Positions 20,057 through 30,848 of a stretch of DNA of 64,000 nucleotides are shown here, piece after piece. The stretch lies in NCBI GenBank assembly GCA_963847185.1, contig CAWJYV010000008.1, positions 896,001 through 960,000 on the forward strand. The letters run 5' to 3'. The stretch is from an uncultured Methanosarcinaceae archaeon. GTDB taxonomy: Archaea > Halobacteriota > Methanosarcinia > Methanosarcinales > Methanosarcinaceae. Position 1 is the first letter of the stretch, and each line of letters starts with the position of its first letter. The notes beneath the pieces are model-generated. The model searched no databases and had not been told where the DNA came from. It saw nothing but the letters and a program-made list of their open reading frames with translations. The position numbers and the translations under genes were made by a program.

Positions 20057-20487
20057 AAAGACACTCCATGATTGGAAAATAGTGTAAGAATTTCTTGGGT
20101 TTTAGAGTGCTTGCGATTATTTAAATATATCTGGTTTTGGGTGGAATAGAAATTTCTACCTGTTCAGCTACTGTCAGAAGTATATATCTGGTTTCCACTG
20201 ATTTCATTTTTATCTGGAAAGCCAATCTTCAGAAAAGAACTTTTTTATCCATAGCTGAAATAGCTGTCAGTATTTCAGCGGACAAAAAGCTGTTGAAATA
20301 ATTATAAAAAAGAGTTTAAAGAATCTCATATTCTTTTAGTTTATGAAAATATTTTTTGGGAGTTGTCCACTTGAGTGAAAAAATAAAGTATATCAATATG
20401 GCATACGGTATTAAAATTATACAGACTGTCCCTTTATGCGCTGGTTTGTTATTTCAATTGTTTAAGTTTCGTTTGACTTTTAAATAA

Positions 20488-20853
20488 TTAGTTTGGCTCA
20501 GTAATCTTTTTCATTACATCCATTATTTCATCAGTCTCAAAAGGTTTTACTATGAAATCCATAGCACCTATTTTTATTAACTCCGTTATTATAGCCTGCT
20601 GCCCAAGAGAAGAACACATTACCACTTTTGCTTTAGGGTCCATAACAAGAAGTTTTTTCAATGCCTCTTTTCCATTCATTTTTGGCATAGTTATATCCAT
20701 TAACACGATTTCAGGCCTTATTTGAAGATACGTCTGGATTGCTTCTTCTCCATCAGCCGCTTCAGCAACCACTTCATGTCCATTTTCTATGAGAGTATCT
20801 CTGATTACCATTCTCATAAATTCGGTATCATCCACAATCATAACTCTTGTCAT
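20488..20853 (-). CDS. cheY: Stand-alone CheY-like response regulator
   Basis: IVDD..FMR, LMDITMP, VMCSS, DFIVKPF; single receiver domain of CheY type. Confidence 0.85.
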   Translation of the reverse strand: MTRVMIVDDTEFMRMVIRDTLIENGHEVVAEAADGEEAIQTYLQIRPEIVLMDITMPKMNGKEALKKLLVMDPKAKVVMCSSLGQQAIITELIKIGAMDFIVKPFETDEIMDVMKKITEPN

Positions 20854-20887
20854 TTATTTGCCTTCCTTTGTATTATGCTTCTTTTCT

Positions 20888-21541
20888 TTACGCATATCTC
20901 CAGGCATCCCGGATGTGCATTGCATTCATTCCGATACTCTGAGGTGGATAGATATCGTTTTCCGGCGTGTCTCCTATAGAGAGCACTTGCCAGGGCTCAA
21001 GCCCGAGACCGTCGAGAGCCATCTTGAAAAGCCGGGTGTCAGGTTTCTTGAAATAGTGATCCGAAGACATAATCGTGAAATTGAAGCGCTCATACAGACC
21101 CAGAAAACGCAGTTCCTGTTCAGTAAAAACTCTCTGGGCATTGGAAACAATGCATTTCGGAACATTTCTGTATTTTTCGAGCAGGCGGAGGCTCTGCGGG
21201 TAGGCTTCGAGTCTTCTTAACGATGCGGTTCTGAAGACTTTGGCCGTTTCAATCCCAAGCCAGTAGGGATCGACTTCTCTAAAGGCGTTTTCTGCACAGA
21301 TCTCCGCAAAAATCTCCTCTATGCGGATATCAGGATGCCGCTGTCCTGAGTTTCCAAGTCTGCCAACAACTTTCCATTTGTATGTTTCTCTGAGCCTTTC
21401 AGGTTCTATATTAACTCCCTGATAGAGTAACCATTTGCTTACTCTTTCGTTTGTTTCCCGGCTCCCCTCATCAGTTTTGATATTTATTAGGGTTTTATAG
21501 CAGTCAAAGATTAAGCCTTTAATTTTTCCATTCTGGAGCAT
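20888..21541 (-). CDS. HAD-superfamily hydrolase
   Basis: Motif I LIFDCYKTL, motif II VSN, KKPD, motif IV IGD...ND. Confidence 0.88.
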   Translation of the reverse strand: MLQNGKIKGLIFDCYKTLINIKTDEGSRETNERVSKWLLYQGVNIEPERLRETYKWKVVGRLGNSGQRHPDIRIEEIFAEICAENAFREVDPYWLGIETAKVFRTASLRRLEAYPQSLRLLEKYRNVPKCIVSNAQRVFTEQELRFLGLYERFNFTIMSSDHYFKKPDTRLFKMALDGLGLEPWQVLSIGDTPENDIYPPQSIGMNAMHIRDAWRYA

Positions 21542-22138
21542 AGGGATTCTCCTTTATTTTTTGAGTCTTGTATGAATTTGTGGATTATTCTATATCATTC
21601 CTCTATATCTATTGATAATATCTTTCAATTATATATGTATTCCGGAAATACTTGTATTTAGGTGTATATGTTCTATATATTTCTCTCAATCTATATGCTT
21701 GGCTTTTATTATCAATCCGAAACCTGATATCAAGGTCTTTGCTGTTTTAATGAAAATAGACAATAGAAAATACAAAAAATAACTTTTTTCATTTTCGTTA
21801 AGACCTTCAATATTTATTATCGATCTTTCTAGCAGTGGAATTTTTTAGATTAAAGGCCCTTAAAATCCTCATATAATAATACATTTTAAATTTTTGTATA
21901 TTTATTATTTTCTATAGAAAATAAGTAATGTTTATGGACTCAAAGGTCCATTTATCATATGGCCAATGAATTCCTTTAAAGAGCTCCGTTTATTGTAAGA
22001 TTCTTTCGGAAAAACAGAACCCGACCTCTTTTTTGGATCCGGAATCAGTCATCTAATTCAAATTGTAAGATCAGTTTAAAATTCTGGTTTAAAATTCTGA
22101 AGTAAAGATAAAATTTTAGGAAATTTATGGAGGTCTTT

Positions 22139-22390
22139 ATGTTACTTAGTATATCTTTCTCTGATATTTTTTCGAATTATCTCTACACGACCACACTCTC
22201 TAGCCTTCCTTCATATGGGATTTCAATTGTAGCTGGACTTATAGTACTTTTTTCTTTAAAGGAGATTCTTTCAGCCTCTGAAAAATGGGACAAAGAAACT
22301 AATAGTTCCTTTTATATTGCAATTATACCTTTACTTATTGTTTTTTTCGGAATCGTTGTTTTCAAAATTATTTCTTTCGTTCAATCCTGA
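22139..22390 (+). CDS. Small membrane protein
   Basis: GGAGG SD before ATG 22139; two hydrophobic helices. Confidence 0.6.
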   Translation: MLLSISFSDIFSNYLYTTTLSSLPSYGISIVAGLIVLFSLKEILSASEKWDKETNSSFYIAIIPLLIVFFGIVVFKIISFVQS

Positions 22391-22718
22391 GTTTTCGATT
22401 TTTTGTACTCTGAAATTTACCATTGTATCTTCTTTATTTTTATTGAATATAATCGATTTTACCTTTTCAAATTTAAGCTCCCTGCAGCTGATTCAGATCT
22501 ATTTCCCTTAAAGCTAAATATCTTTTTAGAGCCTTAATTGAAAAGTAAACCAGAAAGAATAATATAAAAACTCAAAGGCGCTTTTCAAAATAGAATTCAA
22601 AAAATCTTAAAATAGAATCCAAAAATCTCAAAAATGTTATTTAAAAAAGAAGTTACAAATCTCGAAAATTTCTCATTTATTAACAAAACGAAAAAGAAGA
22701 AATGATTTGTCTGTGGAA

Positions 22719-23486
22719 TCAGTCTGTAAAACCGAAATGTTTCCATGCCTCTTCAATGTTCATGGAACGCATTCCAAGTTTCTTTGCAGGGACTATCTCG
22801 TTTTCGTAGGAATCTCCTATTGACATTACACATTTGGGTTCAAGTTCCAGGTCCATCTTTTTAAGTGCAGTCATAAAAAGTCTGAGATCAGGTTTTTTAT
22901 ATCCTACATCCGATGAGAAAATCACAAAATCAAAATAGTCATAGAGACCGAGAAACCGGAGTTCAAGTTCTGAAAAAACCCTTTGCCCGTTGGAGATTAT
23001 GCACTTCGGGACATTTATAAAATGTTCAATTAACTTTATACTTTGAGGAAATGGCCGGAGTTTCCTCAGAGAAGCTACCCTAAAGACTCTTGAAGTCTCT
23101 ATCCCTAGATTTTCTTCATCTATTTTCCAGATAGCATTTTCCCTGCAAATTTCGGCAAAGATTTCCTCTACCTTAATTTCAGGGTATATTTCCATGGACA
23201 TGTCCATTCTATCCTTTACTTTAAGCATGTAAGTGTCCCATAGTTTTCGAGGCTCTATTTTAACTCCCTGGTAGGCAAGCCAAGCACTTACTACTTCGTA
23301 TGTTTCCAGGCTGTGTTCATCAGTGTGAATATCAATGAGAGTCTGGTAACAGTCAAATATAATCCCCTTTATCTGGCAACTCTCAAACTTTTCGTCTCTT
23401 TTGAGCTCAGGCTCAATGGCAGAAAGTTTAACTTCATCTTCGCCCGATTCGAATCCTAAGTTTTCGGAAATGCTTTTACCTCCCAT
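22719..23486 (-). CDS. HAD-superfamily hydrolase (paralog of 20888..21541)
   Basis: IIFDCYQTL, ISNGQR, KKPD, IGDSYENE. Confidence 0.88.
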   Translation of the reverse strand: MGGKSISENLGFESGEDEVKLSAIEPELKRDEKFESCQIKGIIFDCYQTLIDIHTDEHSLETYEVVSAWLAYQGVKIEPRKLWDTYMLKVKDRMDMSMEIYPEIKVEEIFAEICRENAIWKIDEENLGIETSRVFRVASLRKLRPFPQSIKLIEHFINVPKCIISNGQRVFSELELRFLGLYDYFDFVIFSSDVGYKKPDLRLFMTALKKMDLELEPKCVMSIGDSYENEIVPAKKLGMRSMNIEEAWKHFGFTD

Positions 23487-23505
23487 ATCCCCTTAATTTA
23501 ATATT

Positions 23506-24453
23506 TTATCTTTTATAAATAGCCATTAAGCACTCATGAGCCTCTTTAATCAGGTAATTCCTGTAGTTCCCCTGATGTAGCCTTGCCGAACGAAGAAGCC
23601 CTATGCCCATGAAAAAAGGTAAAATTCTCGTAATATATTTGAAATCTTTTTCATCCCTGCTATACTCCCAGAGGAAGTTACCTATATAGGGTTCGGCTTT
23701 CCAGTCTCCTCCTTTGTGCAGTTCAAACTCATTTTTAAGTTCCGCAGTAAGGATTCCCAGATCTCTTACAGGGTGCGCCTGGAGCCAGGAACTTTCAAAA
23801 TCGAGCGCATAGGGCTTGCCTTTGCAAAAGATATAATTGGAAGGAGTAACATCCCTGTGGATCATACAGCCATATTCCCTATCGAGCAAGGAACTGTACC
23901 ACCATTCTCCAAGCAATTTATTGAAAGGCTCTCTGGTGTCGTAGTCCAGTTTCAGATGGTCCAGAACCTCATGATAATTTCTGAATTCATTTTCTTTATT
24001 ATAGGAGGACTGGGTGTTATCGTGAAGCTGTCTGAGCATATGGGCAACGGAAGCAAGCCGCTCATAGAGTGTTTCTTCTCGCTTGAAGTACCAGCTAAGG
24101 GATTTCCCTGGTATGTGCTCGGTTACAAGGACACAATTAAACTTCTTATTTACTGCAAGGGGCTTTGCAACGTTTATTATGGAAGCTGCTTTTTCCAGGT
24201 TTCTGTATTCGTTCATCATACCTTTGTAGGGGTTATAATCTTTCAGTCGTCCGGTAGGTTCGGCAAAAAATTTTGCCATCACACTGAAATGTTCCCCCTT
24301 GAAATGATATCTGCAGACAGTATGGGAGGAATTGTATTTAAAGACATCAACATAACACTGCTTGTTCCTTATCCTATCTCCCACGACTTCTTCAACAAGC
24401 CAGTCCCTGAAAGGATCTCCAGGGTTTAAAACACTAATATGGCGACTTGCCAC
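23506..24453 (-). CDS. Aminoglycoside/choline-kinase-like phosphotransferase
   Basis: MAKF lysine, L.QLH, Brenner-type IHRDVTPSN, LDFE and HPVRDLG motifs. Confidence 0.85.
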   Translation of the reverse strand: MASRHISVLNPGDPFRDWLVEEVVGDRIRNKQCYVDVFKYNSSHTVCRYHFKGEHFSVMAKFFAEPTGRLKDYNPYKGMMNEYRNLEKAASIINVAKPLAVNKKFNCVLVTEHIPGKSLSWYFKREETLYERLASVAHMLRQLHDNTQSSYNKENEFRNYHEVLDHLKLDYDTREPFNKLLGEWWYSSLLDREYGCMIHRDVTPSNYIFCKGKPYALDFESSWLQAHPVRDLGILTAELKNEFELHKGGDWKAEPYIGNFLWEYSRDEKDFKYITRILPFFMGIGLLRSARLHQGNYRNYLIKEAHECLMAIYKR

Positions 24454-24634
24454 CTTAAATTTCCCCCATTTTCCGGAAACGTTTCCACAATTGTATCATT
24501 TGCCCTGCAGTTTTATTTTTCATTTTGAAACTTTTCTTCAAAACTTCTCTTATAATAAAAAATGTAGTTGGAGACTATTTAACCTTCTCATTTATAATAC
24601 TGGTAGCAGTATACTATTGCTTGGATATATTATA

Positions 24635-25327
24635 TTATTGTTGGTGTTTAACTGTAAGAAGTTCCTCTTTTTCCTCAAAGGCCGGCCCTCCCACGTCAGC
24701 CCTGTTATTGTATCCTCTTTCCTCCCAGTATCCTTTATAAGGTGAGTCACTGAGTTCAATTCTTACTATCCACTTTGCCCATTTGTATCCATATTTGCCT
24801 TCGGCTACAAGCTGAAAAGGAAAACCTCTCTCCGGAGGCAGTGTTACGTCATTGAGCCGGTATGCAAGTATAATGTCGTTTTTCAATAAATAATCCACAT
24901 CAAGAGACGTGGAGTAACCATCAGCACTATGAAATATAACAGTTGTGGCGTTTCCGAAAGCTCCTGTTTCTGCAAAAAGGTCAGACATTTTCACCCCAGT
25001 CCACTTTGCAGTAAAGCTCCAGCCTTCCACGCAGATAAGATCCACAACTTTCGAAGTTTGAGGTAATCCGGTTATCTCTTCATAAGTGAAGTTTTGGGGA
25101 TTTTCTACAAGGCCGCCAACCTGAAGCCTGTAGCTCTCTCTATTAATATATTGTGTCCCTTTGACAGCATTATTCCGCTGTTGCGAAATCGGAGTTAGCT
25201 CTTGCCCCTGATAAGAAATAGTTTCGGTCTGGTTATCATACGTTTCTGGCTCGTCTTTTTCTGAAACGCAACCTGAGAGAGTAATAACAGCAAGAAAAAT
25301 GATCAGGAGTAAATGGATTGGTTTCAT
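24635..25327 (-). CDS. Molybdopterin-dependent oxidoreductase (sulfite oxidase/MsrP-like domain), lipoprotein
   Basis: Lipobox LSGC; LICVEGW, WTGV, DGYSTS, GFPFQL, YGYKWAKW and GYWEERGY motifs. Confidence 0.88.
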   Translation of the reverse strand: MKPIHLLLIIFLAVITLSGCVSEKDEPETYDNQTETISYQGQELTPISQQRNNAVKGTQYINRESYRLQVGGLVENPQNFTYEEITGLPQTSKVVDLICVEGWSFTAKWTGVKMSDLFAETGAFGNATTVIFHSADGYSTSLDVDYLLKNDIILAYRLNDVTLPPERGFPFQLVAEGKYGYKWAKWIVRIELSDSPYKGYWEERGYNNRADVGGPAFEEKEELLTVKHQQ

Positions 25328-25601
25328 GTATTATTCTGCCTCTCATTCTTTTTCTTACTATCAATTTTTCCCTGTACTTTTTCTCTTCAAATTAAATATG
25401 TACTCGGCCTGAATAAATGGATATTTATAAAAGAAAATAATGGAGTAATACCAATAAAAGAAGAACAAGAAAGCAGGTAACTGGCAGGAGAGCTAAGTTC
25501 TGGAAAAGATAGTATACAAAAAGTAGCTAAAATGTTATAATGCGAAATAAAGAAAAGAAATTGTGAGTAAAGAACCGGAATTAAATAAAGCCTGAGAAAT
25601 C

Positions 25602-26801
25602 TCAGGCCTCATAGTATCCGATTTCTTCTTTTGTAAGGTAGCACGCAGGGTCATCTGCCCAGACGTCTCCATATACGGCCTCTGCCCGAACCCTGAAGTT
25701 CCCATTGCAGACATCAAGCCATTTGCATCTGTCACATCGGTCTCCGTGGGCTTTAATCAGGGGTTTTCGATCTTTAAGCCCGCCCATCAGTTCGTCGCTG
25801 AGATCGTTCCAGATTTCACTGAAAGGGCGTTCCCTTATATTTCCAAAAGAGTAATGTCTCCAGAACTGATCGGCATGTACCGAGCCATCCCAGGATATGC
25901 ATCCTATCCCTATTCCTGAGGAATTGCCCTGGTTCATAGAAAGGAGTTCGAAGACCTCTGCAGCTCTTTCCGGGTTTTCTTTAAGGAGCTTCATATACAG
26001 GTAGGGGCCGTCGCAGTGATTATCCACGGTCAGGACTTCAGCAGGAAAACCTTTTTCGTGCAATTTTCTTGTCTTTTCCAGAATCAGATCCACAGCCTGC
26101 CTGGACTCATCGAGGGAGAGGTCTTCACTTACCATTTTAGATCCTCTGCCTGCATAGACCAGGTGGTAGAAACATATCCTTGGAATTTTTTCTTCTTCAA
26201 GAAGATCAAAGATTGCAGGGATATCTTTGACGTTTTGTTTGTTGATGGTAAAACGGAGGCCCACCTTTATGCCTTCTTCCTGGCAGTTGTGCAGGCCTTT
26301 AAGAGCTGCATCGAATGCGCCTTTTACACCCCTGAACCTGTCATTTGTCTCTCTTACTCCATCCAGAGAAACTCCAACGTAAGAAAGCCCGACATCCTTT
26401 AACTTTTTCGCCATATCCCTGTCTATAAGGGTTCCGTTTGTGGAAATTACAGCCCTCATTCCTTTTTCGCGGGCATATGCTGCAAGTTCGGGAAGGTCTT
26501 TTCTCATGGTCGGTTCCCCTCCTGAAAAAAGAATTACCGGACTTCCGAATTTTGCAAGGTCATCAATAAGAGCTTTACCTTCTTCGGTCGAAAGCTCGTT
26601 TTCAGATTCGATGTCCTTTGCCTGGGCATAGCAATGGACGCATTTCAGGTTGCAGCGGCGCGTCATATTCCAGACTACAACTGGCTTTTTGTCTTTTGAA
26701 AACTGCAGCAAGTGAGAGGGGAGCCTTTTTGACTCCCTTCCATAGCGGAGAGCATCGGAAGGTTCCACGGTCCCGCAGTAAAGTTTTGAGATCCCTATCA
26801 T
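25602..26801 (-). CDS. ahbC: Radical SAM 12,18-didecarboxysiroheme deacetylase (Fe-coproporphyrin synthase)
   Basis: MIGISKLYCG start, CxxxCxxC (CNLKCVHC), SPASM-like C-terminus (ADQFW, CDRCKWLDVCNGN, DDPACY); tetrapyrrole gene context. Confidence 0.9.
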   Translation of the reverse strand: MIGISKLYCGTVEPSDALRYGRESKRLPSHLLQFSKDKKPVVVWNMTRRCNLKCVHCYAQAKDIESENELSTEEGKALIDDLAKFGSPVILFSGGEPTMRKDLPELAAYAREKGMRAVISTNGTLIDRDMAKKLKDVGLSYVGVSLDGVRETNDRFRGVKGAFDAALKGLHNCQEEGIKVGLRFTINKQNVKDIPAIFDLLEEEKIPRICFYHLVYAGRGSKMVSEDLSLDESRQAVDLILEKTRKLHEKGFPAEVLTVDNHCDGPYLYMKLLKENPERAAEVFELLSMNQGNSSGIGIGCISWDGSVHADQFWRHYSFGNIRERPFSEIWNDLSDELMGGLKDRKPLIKAHGDRCDRCKWLDVCNGNFRVRAEAVYGDVWADDPACYLTKEEIGYYEA

Positions 26802-26818
26802 GTCTATCCTTCAAAATT

Positions 26819-27610
26819 TCAAAGTCGGCTCTTTATAGCTTTTAACAGTGCTTCGAAAGTGAATTCATCGGGAATCACATCTACGTTGACCCCATGTTTC
26901 TTCAGCGTGTTTCCAGTCGGAGTCCCTATGGCTCCTACAACTGCTCTGCTAAGAGCCTCTTTCATTGTTTTCTCGGCTCCCAAATTCTCAGCATGCTTTA
27001 CAAACCCTTTAACCATCATTGAACTTGTAAAGGCAAAAGCATTAACTTCTCCTGTAAGGGTGCGCTCTATCAGTTCTTTCTGTACTGCCCCTTCAGGAAT
27101 GCTTAGAGTGTAAACATGAGTCTCATAAACCGTAGCTCCGCATTTTTCGAGCCCTTCAATTAAAATTTTGGCTCCATAAGCGCTCCTTGCAAGGTCTACT
27201 ATTTTTCCTTTTACTTCGGGGCAGAGAGCCTCTACAATACCTTCGGAACTGTAGTCTCCTGGCAAAAAGGGGTTTTCAATCCCTATTTTTATGAGTTCTT
27301 TTTCGGTATTAGGGCCGATTGCTATTACTCTGCTTTTTTTCAGAGCTGTGATAAAGTTTTCTTTTTCGGTTTCCGAGAGCTTATCCAGAGTAAAACTTAT
27401 TCCGTTTGCACTGGTAAAAACTACATAATCGGAAGTTCCGGAAAGGACTCGGCTTACAAAGGGTTCAAACCCTTCGTCTTTCATACCTTCGAGTCTTATC
27501 ATGGGAGCATATAAAGGCTCAAAGCCATAATCTCTGGCAATAGCTTCTGATTTTTCCCTGTAACTTTCCGGCCTCATTATTGCAAGGACAGGTCTCTTCT
27601 CTTCTACCAT
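26819..27610 (-). CDS. hemD: Uroporphyrinogen-III synthase
   Basis: IMRP, VFTSANG, AIGPNT, FTSSMMV, AIGTPT. Confidence 0.92.
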   Translation of the reverse strand: MVEEKRPVLAIMRPESYREKSEAIARDYGFEPLYAPMIRLEGMKDEGFEPFVSRVLSGTSDYVVFTSANGISFTLDKLSETEKENFITALKKSRVIAIGPNTEKELIKIGIENPFLPGDYSSEGIVEALCPEVKGKIVDLARSAYGAKILIEGLEKCGATVYETHVYTLSIPEGAVQKELIERTLTGEVNAFAFTSSMMVKGFVKHAENLGAEKTMKEALSRAVVGAIGTPTGNTLKKHGVNVDVIPDEFTFEALLKAIKSRL

Positions 27611-27646
27611 ATTCCCTTCTCCTACTATTATCTGATTTTCCGGCGG

Positions 27647-28417
27647 TTAAAAAAAGTCTGCTCCTGTCTTCTGTTCTCCTAGAATCCTGTGCAGGTTGAC
27701 CACATCTCCTATAACTGTAATTGCAGGAGCCTTTACTTTTCGCTCTTCTGCCAGGCTGGCAATGTTTTCAAGGGTTCCTACTGTTACTCTCTGGTCGGGT
27801 CGGGTTCCTCTCTCAATAACTGCAACCGGGGTTTTCGGATTCTTGCCGTATTTAATAAGTTCCTCGACATTCCTTTTGAGCATTTTTACGCCCATAAAGA
27901 TCACAAGAGTTCCCTCGAATTTCGCAAGGGTTTCCCAGTCAAGCCCGCTTTCTTCCTTTGTGGGATCCTCATGCCCTGTTATGAATGTGACCATTGATGT
28001 GTTTTCCCTGTGGGTTATAGGAATTCCGGCATAGGCAGGCACTGCAATTGCAGAAGTTATTCCTGGCACGATTTCAAATTCTATACCTTCAGCTACAAGC
28101 ACCTCAGCTTCTTCTCCTCCCCTTCCGAATACATAGGGATCTCCACCTTTCAACCGGACCACCATCTTTCCTTCTTTTGCTTTCTGCACAAGCATCTCAT
28201 TGATTTCGGATTGGGTCATTGTATGGTTTCCGGCGTATTTTCCAACATCGATTTTTTCCGCACTTTCCGGCATGGAGCCCAGTATCGCTTTTCCAGGAAG
28301 CTGGTCGTAGACAATAACTTCTGCACTGTCTATTAGCCGTCGGGCTTTCAGAGTAAGGAGTTCGGGGTCTCCTGGACCAGAACCCACAAGATAAACTTTT
28401 CCGTAATTTCCTGACAT
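27647..28417 (-). CDS. cobA: Uroporphyrinogen-III C-methyltransferase
   Basis: VYLVGSGPGDPELLT, RLKGGDPYVFGRGGEE, VPGITS. Confidence 0.95.
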   Translation of the reverse strand: MSGNYGKVYLVGSGPGDPELLTLKARRLIDSAEVIVYDQLPGKAILGSMPESAEKIDVGKYAGNHTMTQSEINEMLVQKAKEGKMVVRLKGGDPYVFGRGGEEAEVLVAEGIEFEIVPGITSAIAVPAYAGIPITHRENTSMVTFITGHEDPTKEESGLDWETLAKFEGTLVIFMGVKMLKRNVEELIKYGKNPKTPVAVIERGTRPDQRVTVGTLENIASLAEERKVKAPAITVIGDVVNLHRILGEQKTGADFF

Positions 28418-28799
28418 ATGATGAGATTCCTTTATGATTTTTGGATAAAAATGTGTAATCTGGAGAAGGTTAACGAGTTTTTAGAATATATAATATGCTG
28501 AAAATAGAGCCAAAAGTATGCATTTGAGTTATTCATTTTGTAAATCCTGAACTCTTGACTTTTTTGTGTTCTCTTCTAAAGCTGTACAATCTATTTTTTC
28601 GTTATGTTGAAATTGAGAATTGATGGTAGATAATCAGGAATAGTCATCCTGAGCTTTATTTCATAATAAATCTATATGATTACTCAATTTTTCTATATAC
28701 TCATTTTTATTTATCTTCTCTAATTCATTTGGTGTATATATAATTAAATACTTATCAAAGTTTCGACATTTCAGTCAGGGATTTCAATACAATTTTGGG

Positions 28800-30683
28800 G
28801 TGGAAAAATTGAATCCTAAACTTGAACTTCTACCGCTCCATAAGCTTGGAGCCAGGGAAGATGAAAAGAGTTCCGGGGTTATCAACTTCGGACTCTTATT
28901 GCCAGGAATATCGGCGGAAGATGGTAATAAGCTCTGGGTGAAGGTTATTCATGAAAAGGATCAGTTCCTTCAAGATATCTTGCCCATGAATTTTGAAATG
29001 GAATATTCTGAGGACCTCGACTATGGAGATTACTGGTCTGCAACTGTGAAAATCAAATCAGGAGACAGGCTAAATCCAGATTCTGCCTGGGGGTCTCTAG
29101 GAAAATATGTTTATCGATACTGCCTTAAAAATCCGAAAATGGGCTTTATTGACTGGATCATCGATCCCTTTGCCAGAGAATTCGGGGTTGGAAAATTATC
29201 AGCTATCACCATGGGATATAAACCATATAAATGGAGCAAAAATGAGCTGATATGGAAAACTCCCTTTATAAATGACCTTGTTCTCTACGAACTCATGATA
29301 AATGAGTTTGCGGGTGATATAGAGGGGACAATTGCCAACCTGGATTACCTTTCAGATCTGGGAATTAATTGCATAGAACTCATGCCTCTTTCCAACGTTG
29401 GGAAAAGGGTAGATTGGGGATATGAGCCAATAGGATATTTTGGTGTTGATGAACGTTTTGGAAATAGAAAAGATGTGCAAAAGTTGATTGATGCGGCCCA
29501 CCAGAGAGATATTGCAGTAATAGTTGATTCCGTTTATGCGCATACAAGTTGCCTTTTTACGTATTATTATGTTTACAATGAACTCGGCTGGCCAATCGAT
29601 GTAAACCCATTTATGGGGCCGTTCGCTAATAACGCCTTTGGAATAAGTACGGACTTCAGTCATAAGTTTACCCGTGACTTCTTTTTGACAGTCAATAACC
29701 ACTGGCTTGACTGCTATCACATAGATGGTTTTAGATATGATTATGCTCCCGGGTACTGGCTGGAAGATTCAGAAAACGGATATACAAAGTTGGTAAAGGA
29801 CACTTACCAGCTGGTCAAAGCAAAAAAAGGTTCTTCAGATCACTGGAAACGTTTTTTTGGAGGCGAGTCCATAAACCTCATCCAGTGTGCCGAATACCTT
29901 CCCGACCCTCCTGAAATACTTGAAAAAACATATAGTAACTGTACCTGGCAAAACGGAACCCTGAATACTGTCAGGGAAGTAGCTGGTAATCCTGGCAGGT
30001 TGACTGACTTAGGCTTCCTTTTTAGTCTCCTTAAATGGCCGGCAGAAGTTCCAAATAGCGAAGACGGATTAGTAAAAAACGTTCTGCAATATCTGGAAAA
30101 TCACGATCATTCTCGATTTATCTGTAATTTTGGAATAATTTGCAGTGATAATGAACTGTTAAAGGAAGGCAACCGCTCCCTCTGGTATAAGGTACAACCT
30201 TATTTAATAGGGCTGTTCACAGCAAAGGGCATTCCCATGTTGTGGCAGGGGCAGGAGTTTGGAGAAAATTACTGCCTTCCTCAGGAAGGATGGGGAAGAG
30301 TTCTTTTTTACAGACCTGTGCGCTGGGAATACTTTTATACTTCAGAAGGCAGTTCTCTGGTCAGCCTTGTAAGGAAACTGGTTAAACTTCGAAGAAATAA
30401 CCTTCAGTTTTCCAGAGGAGATCACTACTTCTACAATGATTATGCCCTCTATCAGTCCAGGGGTGTAATGCTGTTTTCCCGGAGTTACGGCAAGAAGGTT
30501 TTTAGCCTGGTCGCACTAAACTTCGAAGACCGGGATCAAACAGTATATTTCAAGTTTCCCCTGGGAGGCAATTACAGGGAAGAACTTCACGGCCTGGATA
30601 ATTTAAAGGGAGTTTCCGAAGGAGAGGAAGTGCAGCTTACTGTCCCCGGCAACTATGGAAAGATCTGGACACTGGAAGTTTAA
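28800..30683 (+). CDS. GH13 alpha-amylase-family glycoside hydrolase (branching enzyme/trehalohydrolase-like)
   Basis: DPFAR, LYEL, LGIN.IELMP, WGY.P, catalytic DGFRYD / CAEY / ENHD, GIPMLWQGQE. Confidence 0.88.
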   Translation: MEKLNPKLELLPLHKLGAREDEKSSGVINFGLLLPGISAEDGNKLWVKVIHEKDQFLQDILPMNFEMEYSEDLDYGDYWSATVKIKSGDRLNPDSAWGSLGKYVYRYCLKNPKMGFIDWIIDPFAREFGVGKLSAITMGYKPYKWSKNELIWKTPFINDLVLYELMINEFAGDIEGTIANLDYLSDLGINCIELMPLSNVGKRVDWGYEPIGYFGVDERFGNRKDVQKLIDAAHQRDIAVIVDSVYAHTSCLFTYYYVYNELGWPIDVNPFMGPFANNAFGISTDFSHKFTRDFFLTVNNHWLDCYHIDGFRYDYAPGYWLEDSENGYTKLVKDTYQLVKAKKGSSDHWKRFFGGESINLIQCAEYLPDPPEILEKTYSNCTWQNGTLNTVREVAGNPGRLTDLGFLFSLLKWPAEVPNSEDGLVKNVLQYLENHDHSRFICNFGIICSDNELLKEGNRSLWYKVQPYLIGLFTAKGIPMLWQGQEFGENYCLPQEGWGRVLFYRPVRWEYFYTSEGSSLVSLVRKLVKLRRNNLQFSRGDHYFYNDYALYQSRGVMLFSRSYGKKVFSLVALNFEDRDQTVYFKFPLGGNYREELHGLDNLKGVSEGEEVQLTVPGNYGKIWTLEV

Positions 30684-30848
30684 TTCTTTTACTTATACAG
30701 TATCTTTCGGAACATGGAGGTTCAGGTTAAACACTTTGAGTTCAGTATTATTTTTTTGGCACTTTTCATTTTTTTGGTACTTTTCATGTGGCTGGTACTT
30801 TTCAGGTAGGAATCAATAAATATCTCCTCTGGTATTACTGAGTTCAGT

